36,910 nt of DNA, taken from IMG/VR virus record IMGVR_UViG_3300028549_001682. The stretch is one strand, 5' to 3'. The translations under genes and the position numbers were made by a program. This document shows, one piece after another, positions 17,045-24,493 of the stretch. Source of the stretch: a virus. Position 1 is the first letter of the stretch; every line of letters begins with the position of its first letter. The notes beneath the pieces were generated by a model. It was not told the DNA's origin. It ran no database searches and saw only the letters and a list, made by a program, of their open reading frames with translations.

Positions 17045-17779
17045 TTATTGTTCGATTATTGCTATTTCAGGACAAATCGCAGTAATTTCAACAAGCTCGT
17101 CATTGATTGCTTGGTCCCTAATATCCTCAACCAATGCCTGTGCTCCAGGAGATAGAAGCGTGAACGAAACTTCCTTGCCGTTGATCTGTGCAAAGGTTTC
17201 AACCTCGATAATCTGGGCGGGGAACCCCTTGAAAATTTGCAGCTTCAGGTTGATAGATTTTGGAAGGTTAGAGTTGACAGTTTGCTCAAAATTGTCAGTC
17301 CTGTCACCGCTTTCTTTGGCCGAACGCTGGATGCTGTTGTTGACCGTGGCTGTGAAGTTCATCAGCTCGCTCACAAGCTTCATGTTTTCCTCTCTGGAAG
17401 TGAAAAAAGCACGGTTCATTTTGAAGAACATTCCAAGGCTGGAAGGTGTCCAAACCTTCCCAGAATTGATTCCGAACTCTTTGAATTTTGGATGCGATTC
17501 AAGCTTTCCCGAAACAGAACCCTTAAGGTATTCGTCGTGTTCGTTAGTAACGAGGCAGATAAGCATCTGCTCACGGTCAACGATTACATGGCTTCGTTTT
17601 GGTGGTATTTGGTCTATCCTTTTTGCCAAAAACTCCGCAGGGGCACCAATTGTGCCAATGATAGCAATCCTTATAGGCGGTTTAATTTCCAGTTCGTTAA
17701 CTGTTGAAACCTCGCGGATAACGATTTCAGCTGTCTTTTGGCCATCGGCCATTACAATTTTAAAATTCTCGTTTTTCAT
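17045..17779 (-). CDS. Hypothetical protein (GC-elevated block)
   Basis: 244-aa ORF with an ATG start. Local GC is about 47% on hand-counted lines. The long plus-strand ORFs over it are mirror artefacts. Confidence 0.7.
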   Translation of the reverse strand: MKNENFKIVMADGQKTAEIVIREVSTVNELEIKPPIRIAIIGTIGAPAEFLAKRIDQIPPKRSHVIVDREQMLICLVTNEHDEYLKGSVSGKLESHPKFKEFGINSGKVWTPSSLGMFFKMNRAFFTSREENMKLVSELMNFTATVNNSIQRSAKESGDRTDNFEQTVNSNLPKSINLKLQIFKGFPAQIIEVETFAQINGKEVSFTLLSPGAQALVEDIRDQAINDELVEITAICPEIAIIEQ

Positions 17780-17799
17780 TTTTATAAATTTAAAATTTA

Positions 17800-18102
17800 T
17801 TAGTTTTCAGTCCCAGTGCGCTTCATCTGGAATATAGTGCCTTGCAGTTCGTCTGCATATGCCGGACGGCTCTCTATAAGTTCTCCCTCCTCGTTGTAAT
17901 ATCCCACCTCCCTTGCATCCATGTCAACAAATTTGTAGCAGTTCTCTACTTTATGTTCTGCCTTGTTTTTAAGTCCCGTTAGCAGCCTTTTCTTTTCATC
18001 GTTCAAAGGTTCAAGCCTGAACTTGAACTCTGACATAACCGCTTTTTTGTCCTCCTCTATATCGTTGATCTGAATAGCCGTTTCTGAAAGGTGCTCCTTC
18101 AT
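17800..18102 (-). CDS. Hypothetical protein
   Basis: The track ORF starts at TTG 18108. The first ATG, at 18102, gives MKEHLSETAIQ.... Confidence 0.55.
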   Translation of the reverse strand: MKEHLSETAIQINDIEEDKKAVMSEFKFRLEPLNDEKKRLLTGLKNKAEHKVENCYKFVDMDAREVGYYNEEGELIESRPAYADELQGTIFQMKRTGTEN

Positions 18103-18117
18103 TTCCAAAAGTTGATC

Positions 18118-18225
18118 CTAAGAAAACCTTTTCATATAGCCTTTCTCCTCGATTTTGTCGCAGTTGTCTTTAAGGAATCTAATCCTTGATTCGCCTTGGT
18201 AATCTTTTCCTAGTTCTCTTTCCAT
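18118..18225 (-). CDS. Possible 35-aa ORF
   Basis: Hand translation gives MERELGKDYQGESRIRFLKDNCDKIEEKGYMKRFS. It fills the gap between two minus-strand genes. Confidence 0.25.
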   Translation of the reverse strand: MERELGKDYQGESRIRFLKDNCDKIEEKGYMKRFS

Positions 18226-18238
18226 AATTTTTTATTAA

Positions 18239-18430
18239 TTAATTAATTAATTTTCGTGGTTTCTTTATTGTTTTATCCATCTTAGGATTGATTAATCTAA
18301 TCGGAGTTTCAACATATTTTACAATTTTAAATGTATATGCAAGGCGGCCCCGTTCAATCCTTTTCAAAATTGCCTTTTCAGATACGCCTTCCATTAAGGC
18401 ATATTCTGAAATTGTAAGTAATTTTCCCAT
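18239..18430 (-). CDS. Small HTH DNA-binding protein
   Basis: 63 aa. LTISEYALMEGVSEKAILKRIERGRL is HTH_17-like. Its start overlaps the recT stop by 1 nt. Confidence 0.5.
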   Translation of the reverse strand: MGKLLTISEYALMEGVSEKAILKRIERGRLAYTFKIVKYVETPIRLINPKMDKTIKKPRKLIN

Positions 18431-19509
18431 TATTTTTGTTTGTTTATTTCTTGGTCAATCATTGCGTTTTTAGCGATCTCAAATTGTTCTTTATTCAAGT
18501 AAAACTCGAAATAAGCAAGTGGTTTGACATCTGAAATAATCATTTCTATTATTTCAGTCAGTCGCATATCATCAATTGTGCCAGCTTCTTTTATTTTTTC
18601 AATTTGTTGGCTGGAAAATTTGAAAGCCTTGTACTTTTGTTGGGATGCCTTCAATGAAATATCATAAGCTTTCAAATCTGAAATAAGCTTATCAAATTCA
18701 GGGCTTGATATTTCTTTTTTTTCGGGCTTTTTTGTTGTTTCTTCAATTTCTTTTTGATTTGAAACATCAACATAATCGACATCATTTGTGTTCAAATCGT
18801 TAAGCAGTTGGGTAGTATCGGAGTTTACCCCGATTTTGGGGATAACTGAATCCGCTGCATTTACAAGACATTTCAAACACATTTGATCGTACCATTCACG
18901 CCATGCCGGGGAAGTTTTACCACCCATTTTATTTTCAGATTGCTTTTTGCAACGCTCAAAATATTCGCGGCCTTTAACTACATATTGAGGTTCGCCAGAA
19001 TTTAAGGTAATAATTGCATAACCACCTACTATTTTAGCAGGATTTTCACGGTTAAATGAATCAGGCTTGTGGGTAATTGTATGGATTCCATTGATGATAT
19101 TTTCGTCAAAAAATTCACCATCGTAAACCAGCTCGGTAGTAATATTCTTTACTATTTCTTTTGAGATTAGCAGTTTTTTTTTGCCCCGATACATAGGAGA
19201 AAATATAACAGTTGGGACGTCTTTGCCGTCAATTTTCATATTATAAGGCACAAAATAGCCCTCTTGCCATTGAGGATTTAAACTCAATCCAGACTCAGCC
19301 GCCTGTAATATAGATAGATAAAGGCTCTCTGGATTTACCTTTGCGGCCCTTGTCAGAGCAGGGTCCGCATTTATTTTTAATTGAATGAACTGCAATTCCA
19401 GTTCCGTATGCAGCCCGTTCTTTTTATACACAGTATCCACTAAGGATACTATGTCATTGACATCTTTACCGGCCAATTCTGTACTTGTTACTTTTTTAAT
19501 ATTGCTCAT
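18430..19509 (-). CDS. recT: RecT-family single-strand annealing recombinase
   Basis: LSILQAAESGLSLNPQWQEGYFVPY...MYRGKKKLL...ELVYDGEFF...GGYAIITL parallels the RecT core (QCSQLGLEP...AYLLPF...GYRG...V.EGDEF). Confidence 0.8.
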   Translation of the reverse strand: MSNIKKVTSTELAGKDVNDIVSLVDTVYKKNGLHTELELQFIQLKINADPALTRAAKVNPESLYLSILQAAESGLSLNPQWQEGYFVPYNMKIDGKDVPTVIFSPMYRGKKKLLISKEIVKNITTELVYDGEFFDENIINGIHTITHKPDSFNRENPAKIVGGYAIITLNSGEPQYVVKGREYFERCKKQSENKMGGKTSPAWREWYDQMCLKCLVNAADSVIPKIGVNSDTTQLLNDLNTNDVDYVDVSNQKEIEETTKKPEKKEISSPEFDKLISDLKAYDISLKASQQKYKAFKFSSQQIEKIKEAGTIDDMRLTEIIEMIISDVKPLAYFEFYLNKEQFEIAKNAMIDQEINKQK

Positions 19510-19533
19510 ATTATTCTATTTAGTTTATTGTTG

Positions 19534-19566
19534 CAAATATACGACAACATAATTAAAAAAAACAAA
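19534..19566 (-). promoter_or_regulatory. Bacteroidota-type promoter driving the recT operon
   Basis: On the minus strand: TTTG (19566..19563), 21 nt, then TATATTTG (19541..19534). It lies 24 nt upstream of the ATG at 19509. Confidence 0.55.
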
Positions 19567-19643
19567 TTTATTTTTATTATTTATTGTAACTAATTGAATA
19601 CAATATGATTAATTTTTTATTATGTAGTATACATTAATCGTTA

Positions 19644-19676
19644 TTTGCAAAAATGAAATTATCATTGTTACATTTG
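19644..19676 (+). promoter_or_regulatory. Bacteroidota-type promoter driving the plus-strand recombination/replication operon
   Basis: TTTG (19644..19647), 21 nt, then TACATTTG (19669..19676). It lies 30 nt upstream of the ATG at 19707. Confidence 0.55.
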
Positions 19677-19706
19677 TACGACAATAAAAATTAAAAACTA
19701 TAAATT

Positions 19707-21269
19707 ATGAATCAAGTTAAGATTAAAAAAATTAATGTCAAAAATTTAAAAGCAGTATCTGAATTTACTGCATTTTTTGACGGGAAAAGTGCCCATGTTA
19801 CGGGTGCGAACGGAATAGGCAAAAGTACTGTTATTCGTGCAATGGTTGACAGGTTGAGAGGCTTGTCACCTTCAATAATTACAAAGATTGGGGAGAAACA
19901 AGGCAAAACAGTTATGGAATTAACAGACGGCTGCCGATTTGAATGGCAATATAATGAGGAGGGTAAAGATCAGCTTGATTATTTTACGCCTGCAAGCTTT
20001 AAGCCTGTTAAGAGGGAAGTATTCAAGCATATTTGTATGCTTTATTTTCCTAACCAATTCGATATCAACAAATTTTTAACCACTACCGAACCCCGCAAAA
20101 GGCTTCAAATGATTTCGGAACTTGTTAATGTTGACTTGACAGAAATCCAATCCCGGTATAAAGAAGCCTTTGAAATTCGCAGAGATGCAAAAAGGGAGTT
20201 GAAAGTTTTGGAATCTCAAATAAGGCCAAAACCAGAATTTGACCAAAAAGAAAACGGCAAAAATTCAGATGTTGAGCAAAATAATGTATTAGATTTCGAG
20301 GCCAAAATTAAGGCCAAAAAGGAACAAATTGAAACAGAAAGAAGCCATTTGAATGGCCAATATCTATATAACAAGTCAGTTAATGAAAAAGCCGAAAATG
20401 AACACAAAGAGGCTTATAAAATAGCTCTCGATAATTGGATTGAATCAGAAAAATTAATTGAAGATTCAATAATTCAATTCAATGATGAACAAAATGAAAA
20501 AAATCAAATCATTTTGGAAAATCAAGCAAGATTAGATTTTTTGGTGAAAAATTATCAAGATATTGAGATTGGAAAATTCATTGATTTTTTTGGAATTGGT
20601 AAATTTATTGATGAATTACCAAAAACAGAAATATTAAAAGTTTATATTCAAAGCCAAAAACCCGAATTAACAGCTTTGAATTTAGCCGATCCGATGCCAA
20701 CACCGGACAATTTAAATATTTTGAAAGCCGAATTAAACGAATTAGAATCTTCATTATTCAATGCTCAAAATGAATTAGAGCAAAAAAAAGCCGAATTAAG
20801 CGAATTAAACAACGCTAAACAGGTATATGATATTCAGTTAAGGCAATGGAACGATTTTAAATTGCAGATTGATGAAAAATTAAAAGAGGTGCAGGATTTA
20901 GAGGAAAATGTTTCGATAATTTTACAGGAAATAAAAGCAATGGTTTCTGGTACAAAATTACCAGCAGAGTTCTCAATTGACTTAACAGACAAAAATGATA
21001 TTCTTTTCCGTTCAAATACTGAGAGTGAATTTTTGCCGATAACCAATGAAACGTTGGCAAGCTCGGCTATTTTCATTGCAGCGTTCAAATTACAGGCTAA
21101 TTATTTAGATTCCTTTAGGGTTGCACATTTTGACGTTTCTTATCTTGATTTTGAGAATAGGCAAAAAGTATTAATTGAAGCAATTTCAATGAACATTCAA
21201 TTGCTTACTGAAAGTCCTGCATACGAAGAAAGTCAAAAAGAACTTCAATATAAAATTACAGAATTATGA
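19707..21269 (+). CDS. SMC/RecN/SbcC-like coiled-coil ATPase
   Basis: It has an N-terminal Walker A (VTGANGIGKST), a roughly 250-aa E/K/Q/L-rich coiled-coil middle, and a C-terminal Walker-B-like VAHFDVSYLD. Confidence 0.7.
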   Translation: MNQVKIKKINVKNLKAVSEFTAFFDGKSAHVTGANGIGKSTVIRAMVDRLRGLSPSIITKIGEKQGKTVMELTDGCRFEWQYNEEGKDQLDYFTPASFKPVKREVFKHICMLYFPNQFDINKFLTTTEPRKRLQMISELVNVDLTEIQSRYKEAFEIRRDAKRELKVLESQIRPKPEFDQKENGKNSDVEQNNVLDFEAKIKAKKEQIETERSHLNGQYLYNKSVNEKAENEHKEAYKIALDNWIESEKLIEDSIIQFNDEQNEKNQIILENQARLDFLVKNYQDIEIGKFIDFFGIGKFIDELPKTEILKVYIQSQKPELTALNLADPMPTPDNLNILKAELNELESSLFNAQNELEQKKAELSELNNAKQVYDIQLRQWNDFKLQIDEKLKEVQDLEENVSIILQEIKAMVSGTKLPAEFSIDLTDKNDILFRSNTESEFLPITNETLASSAIFIAAFKLQANYLDSFRVAHFDVSYLDFENRQKVLIEAISMNIQLLTESPAYEESQKELQYKITEL

Positions 21270-22177
21270 AAATAACACAAGTTCTTAACCTATCCAATGA
21301 TGACTATCATAATTCAGAGGAATATAAGGATTATTGGAGTTCATCAAATTTGAAAAACTATATAGTGTCTCCACGTGAGGCACTATATCAAAAGACAAAA
21401 GAAAAAGATGCTCCATCGCCTCAAATGGTTTTCGGCTCTCAGATTCATGATTTTCTTGCATCAAAACACATAAGAGGCCAAAAATTTGAATGGAATGTTT
21501 TTGAACCTCCTATTAATCCAACGACAAAAGAGCCTTATGGAAAAATATCCAAGGCTTACCAGGATGCTATTTTAAGGGTAAATAATCCAATTTCATCAAA
21601 TGATATGGAACTTATACATGATATTTGGGATATGATAAGAAATTCTGGATATGGCTGGTATTTCGAGCAAAATATTATTTCAAAAGGTATTGCAGAAGCT
21701 TCTTATTTTGTCGATGCTGGAATTCATAAGTTTAAGTATAGACCTGATGTGTTGACAGAAAATATTATTTTTGATTATAAAACTATCAACAAATCACAGT
21801 TCAATGAACATGGAATAGCATATGTTATCAAAGATAGGGGCTACGATATTAGTGCATCCATGTATCAAGATTTCGAGCATGAAAGAACTGGTATTTGGAA
21901 GCCATTCTATATTGTTTGGATTATGAAAGAACCTCCTTTTGATGTCTTAATTCACGATATATCTGATCGCTGTTTTGAAACTTTCGGAAAAAATGAAGTA
22001 ATAGTCAATAACGGTGCAATGACTTGGAGAAAAATAAGGGATCAACACGAACTTTGTCAAACTTCAAATCAATGGCCCGGCTATGCAAATAAATTTGACT
22101 GCTTCAATGGTGCCAGGATTAAGCAATCGAGTTTAGGATTTGATAATTATTTTGATAATTTTGAAATTGATGATTAG
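21266..22177 (+). CDS. PD-(D/E)XK (RecE/DUF3799-like) exonuclease
   Basis: Motifs are GSQIHDFL, then YRPD and IFDYK (a D...D-x-K nuclease motif). It has an ATGA overlap with the ATPase gene. Confidence 0.65.
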   Translation: MKITQVLNLSNDDYHNSEEYKDYWSSSNLKNYIVSPREALYQKTKEKDAPSPQMVFGSQIHDFLASKHIRGQKFEWNVFEPPINPTTKEPYGKISKAYQDAILRVNNPISSNDMELIHDIWDMIRNSGYGWYFEQNIISKGIAEASYFVDAGIHKFKYRPDVLTENIIFDYKTINKSQFNEHGIAYVIKDRGYDISASMYQDFEHERTGIWKPFYIVWIMKEPPFDVLIHDISDRCFETFGKNEVIVNNGAMTWRKIRDQHELCQTSNQWPGYANKFDCFNGARIKQSSLGFDNYFDNFEIDD

Positions 22178-22198
22178 CAACCAATTAATTTTAAATAT

Positions 22199-22357
22199 AT
22201 GCAAAACTATCGTATTATTCTGCAAAGCTTTCAATTGAAAGCAAAATCGGTCAAACAGTTACATGAACGAATAAAACATAACGAAGATGAAAAGAAAAAA
22301 ACAAATGCAGCGACACATGATATGTGTACGTTTTGCAAAGATGGAAAGAAGAAATAG
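22199..22357 (+). CDS. Possible 52-aa ORF
   Basis: Hand translation gives MQNYRIILQSFQLKAKSVKQLHERIKHNEDEKKKTNAATHDMCTFCKDGKKK. It is followed by a hairpin. Confidence 0.3.
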   Translation: MQNYRIILQSFQLKAKSVKQLHERIKHNEDEKKKTNAATHDMCTFCKDGKKK

Positions 22358-22380
22358 TTTTTAGTTTTTTTGTTAGGAGA

Positions 22381-22418
22381 GGGATAGCATTAACGGGGGT
22401 TATTTAGCTATCCCTTTT
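22381..22418 (+). terminator. Putative terminator hairpin
   Basis: An 8-bp stem GGGATAGC/GCTATCCC (22381..22388 / 22407..22414) is followed by TTTT. The 18-nt loop is long for a terminator. Confidence 0.45.
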
Positions 22419-22480
22419 ACAAAATCATTAATCATAGCCAATTGTCGTATATAAATTGTTTAATTCTTAAATATAAAAAT

Positions 22481-22672
22481 ATGGAATATAAAAATAGATT
22501 GATAGATAAAGAAAATTTAATAGTTCTAATGAAATATTTGACATTAAACAAGCCTGAATTAGATGAATTTAATAGAGAATGGGGATGGTATCCCGGACTT
22601 TATCATCCCAGAATTGAGTGGCTTGAAGATCAAATCAATCAATTGAAAGCAATCATTCTCCTCTGCAAATGA
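22481..22672 (+). CDS. Hypothetical protein
   Basis: The track ORF starts at TTG 22442. The first in-frame ATG, at 22481, gives MEYKNRLIDKEN.... Confidence 0.45.
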   Translation: MEYKNRLIDKENLIVLMKYLTLNKPELDEFNREWGWYPGLYHPRIEWLEDQINQLKAIILLCK

Positions 22673-22716
22673 TTGCATACAGTGTGTTATAAGCATTTTA
22701 TTTAATATCAAAAAAT

Positions 22717-22998
22717 ATGTTCGTAAATTTTAAAGAATCGGCAGGAAGTTTAAAACTATACTTAAACATGTTTGGTTTGAGTGCAAAATATAATGATTAT
22801 CATGAAAATACATTTTATTACAAAATTCTTAACAGTAAATTTAAATCGACAATAAACGCCGATTCCGAATTACAGGCACAAATAAAATTAAAGGAATCTT
22901 TAATTATTCTCAAAACCACTCAGGAAATTGAGAAAGATCCTAATGTTGAAAGACTGAAAAATATTTTAGGGATGAATAAAACATCATTTAAAAGTTAA
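22717..22998 (+). CDS. Hypothetical protein
   Basis: 93-aa ORF with an ATG start. Confidence 0.5.
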   Translation: MFVNFKESAGSLKLYLNMFGLSAKYNDYHENTFYYKILNSKFKSTINADSELQAQIKLKESLIILKTTQEIEKDPNVERLKNILGMNKTSFKS

Positions 22999-23065
22999 AT
23001 AGCTGCCAGAATTGTACTTATTTTACAAAATATGAATTATGAAACGATTAATCGATAATATTTGT

Positions 23066-23073
23066 TATATTTG
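23066..23073 (+). promoter_or_regulatory. -7 box (TATATTTG) ahead of a structured leader
   Basis: Matches TAnnTTTG about 145 nt upstream of the ATG at 23218. No well-spaced -33 box was found. Confidence 0.3.
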
Positions 23074-23217
23074 TAATTCATTTAATAGTCTGCCAACATG
23101 AAATTAGAATTTACATATTTTAACATATACCCTACAAGGGCAAAATTGCAATTAAGGTTTTCTTGGCAGACTTCCTTTCTTGCATTTTGTTTTTTGTAGG
23201 GTTAATATTTTATAGAT

Positions 23218-23748
23218 ATGGCAATAACTAAAAAAATAAGATTTGAAGTATTTAAAAGAGATTATTTTAAATGTCAATATTGCGGGAAAACACCCCCTGA
23301 TGTAACTTTAGAAGTAGATCATATTAAACCTAAAAGTAAAAAGGTGACTGATGATATAAACAATTTAGTTACTGCTTGTTTTGACTGTAATAGAGGTAAA
23401 AAACATATCGAATTAAACAAATTGCCAAATACAATTATATTAAATTCTGAAATATTAAAAGAGAAAGAATCTCAGTATTTAGAATACCAAAAATTATTAA
23501 CTAAAATAAATAAACGAATTGATTCAGATATACTCAGAGTAGAAAATATCTATAATGAAATGTTCCTAAAATACTGTTTTACTGAATCGTTTAAAAGGGT
23601 AAGTGTAAAAAATTTCGTTTCAAAATTAGGATTAAATGATGTAATGGATTCAATGAGTTTAGCATGCTCAAAAATAAATGATCCTAGTGATGCCTTAAAA
23701 TATTTTTGTGGGATTTGTTGGAATAAAATAAAGAACAATGTCATATAG
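23218..23748 (+). CDS. HNH endonuclease
   Basis: FKCQYCGKTPPDVTLEVDHIKPKS...NNLVTACFDCNRGKKH contains the HNH motif with flanking CxxC pairs. Confidence 0.85.
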   Translation: MAITKKIRFEVFKRDYFKCQYCGKTPPDVTLEVDHIKPKSKKVTDDINNLVTACFDCNRGKKHIELNKLPNTIILNSEILKEKESQYLEYQKLLTKINKRIDSDILRVENIYNEMFLKYCFTESFKRVSVKNFVSKLGLNDVMDSMSLACSKINDPSDALKYFCGICWNKIKNNVI

Positions 23749-24493
23749 ATTTACAAATACCGACAAATGGAATGATTCATGGTTTTGTGAATTAACTCAA
23801 ATTCAAAAACTATTATTCATTTATTTATGTGATAATTGCGACATAGCTGGATTTATAGAAATAAATTATAGAAGGTGGGCAAATGATTTGAATAGTTCAA
23901 ATGAAACAATTGAAGGGGCTTGCAAGGGGCTTGCAAGGGGCTTAATTATATCAAAATCAAATGATTGTATTTTTATAAAAAATTATTTGAAACATCAAAA
24001 AAACCTTCCTATAAACGAAATGAATAAGGCTCATATTGGGATACTGAAAAGATTTGAATTATATAAGCATAAATTTGAAGTTCAAACACTTAATGAATTA
24101 TTTGAAAGGGGCTTAGAAGGGGCTTGCAAGGGGCTTCAAAGCCCCACAGGTATAGGTAATGGTATAGGTAATGGTATAGGTAATGGTATAGGTAAAATGG
24201 CAAATCATTTATTTAAAAATTCTCCTTATTTCGATTTTGAGTTATTTAAAAAAGAAATTGGAGAAAAGTATAATGATTATGATTTAAAATATTACTATGA
24301 CACTCTTAAAAATTATTCAGAATCAAAAGGTAAAATGTATATGGATTGGTTAGCAGCTGGAAGGAATTTTATACTTAAAGATGTAAAAGATAATAAGGCA
24401 AAGCTAAAACCAAACGGTTCACCAGTCCAAACAAAACCATTATCATCAATAGAAAAATTAAAACTTACTAATCCTGGAATGAAATTCTTATGA
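23738..24493 (+). CDS. Putative replication initiator / replisome organiser (contains ori-like iterons)
   Basis: 251-aa ORF translationally coupled (ATGA) to dnaB. The N-terminus DKWNDSWFCELTQIQKLLFIYLCDNCDIAGFIE resembles phage replisome-organiser N-domains. Internal DNA repeats encode EGACKGL and GIGN repeats. Confidence 0.5.
   Translation: MSYRFTNTDKWNDSWFCELTQIQKLLFIYLCDNCDIAGFIEINYRRWANDLNSSNETIEGACKGLARGLIISKSNDCIFIKNYLKHQKNLPINEMNKAHIGILKRFELYKHKFEVQTLNELFERGLEGACKGLQSPTGIGNGIGNGIGNGIGKMANHLFKNSPYFDFELFKKEIGEKYNDYDLKYYYDTLKNYSESKGKMYMDWLAAGRNFILKDVKDNKAKLKPNGSPVQTKPLSSIEKLKLTNPGMKFL
23913..23943. repeat. Iteron cluster 1: 3 x AAGGGGCTT at 11-bp spacing
   Basis: Copies lie at 23913, 23924 and 23935. 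Confidence 0.9.
24106..24145. repeat. Iteron cluster 2: 3 x AAGGGGCTT at 11-bp spacing, ending in the palindrome GGGGCTTCAAAGCCCC
   Basis: Copies lie at 24106, 24117 and 24128. The inverted repeat spans 24130..24145. Confidence 0.9.
24149..24196. repeat. Tandem repeat: 4 x 12 bp (GGTATAGGTAAT)
   Basis: Units start at 24149, 24161, 24173 and 24185. The last unit ends AAA. The repeat encodes GIGNGIGNGIGNGIGK. Confidence 0.95.

Noticed and set aside
17028-17837. Long plus-strand ORFs (269 aa, and 156 aa at 17237..17707) opposite the 244-aa minus-strand gene.
   Set aside because: They lie exactly antisense to a well-formed minus-strand gene in the GC-elevated island, where stop codons are rare in all frames. 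Their translations are Ser/Leu/Cys/Ile-rich and low in complexity, and they would break the minus-strand operon. I treat them as mirror artefacts.
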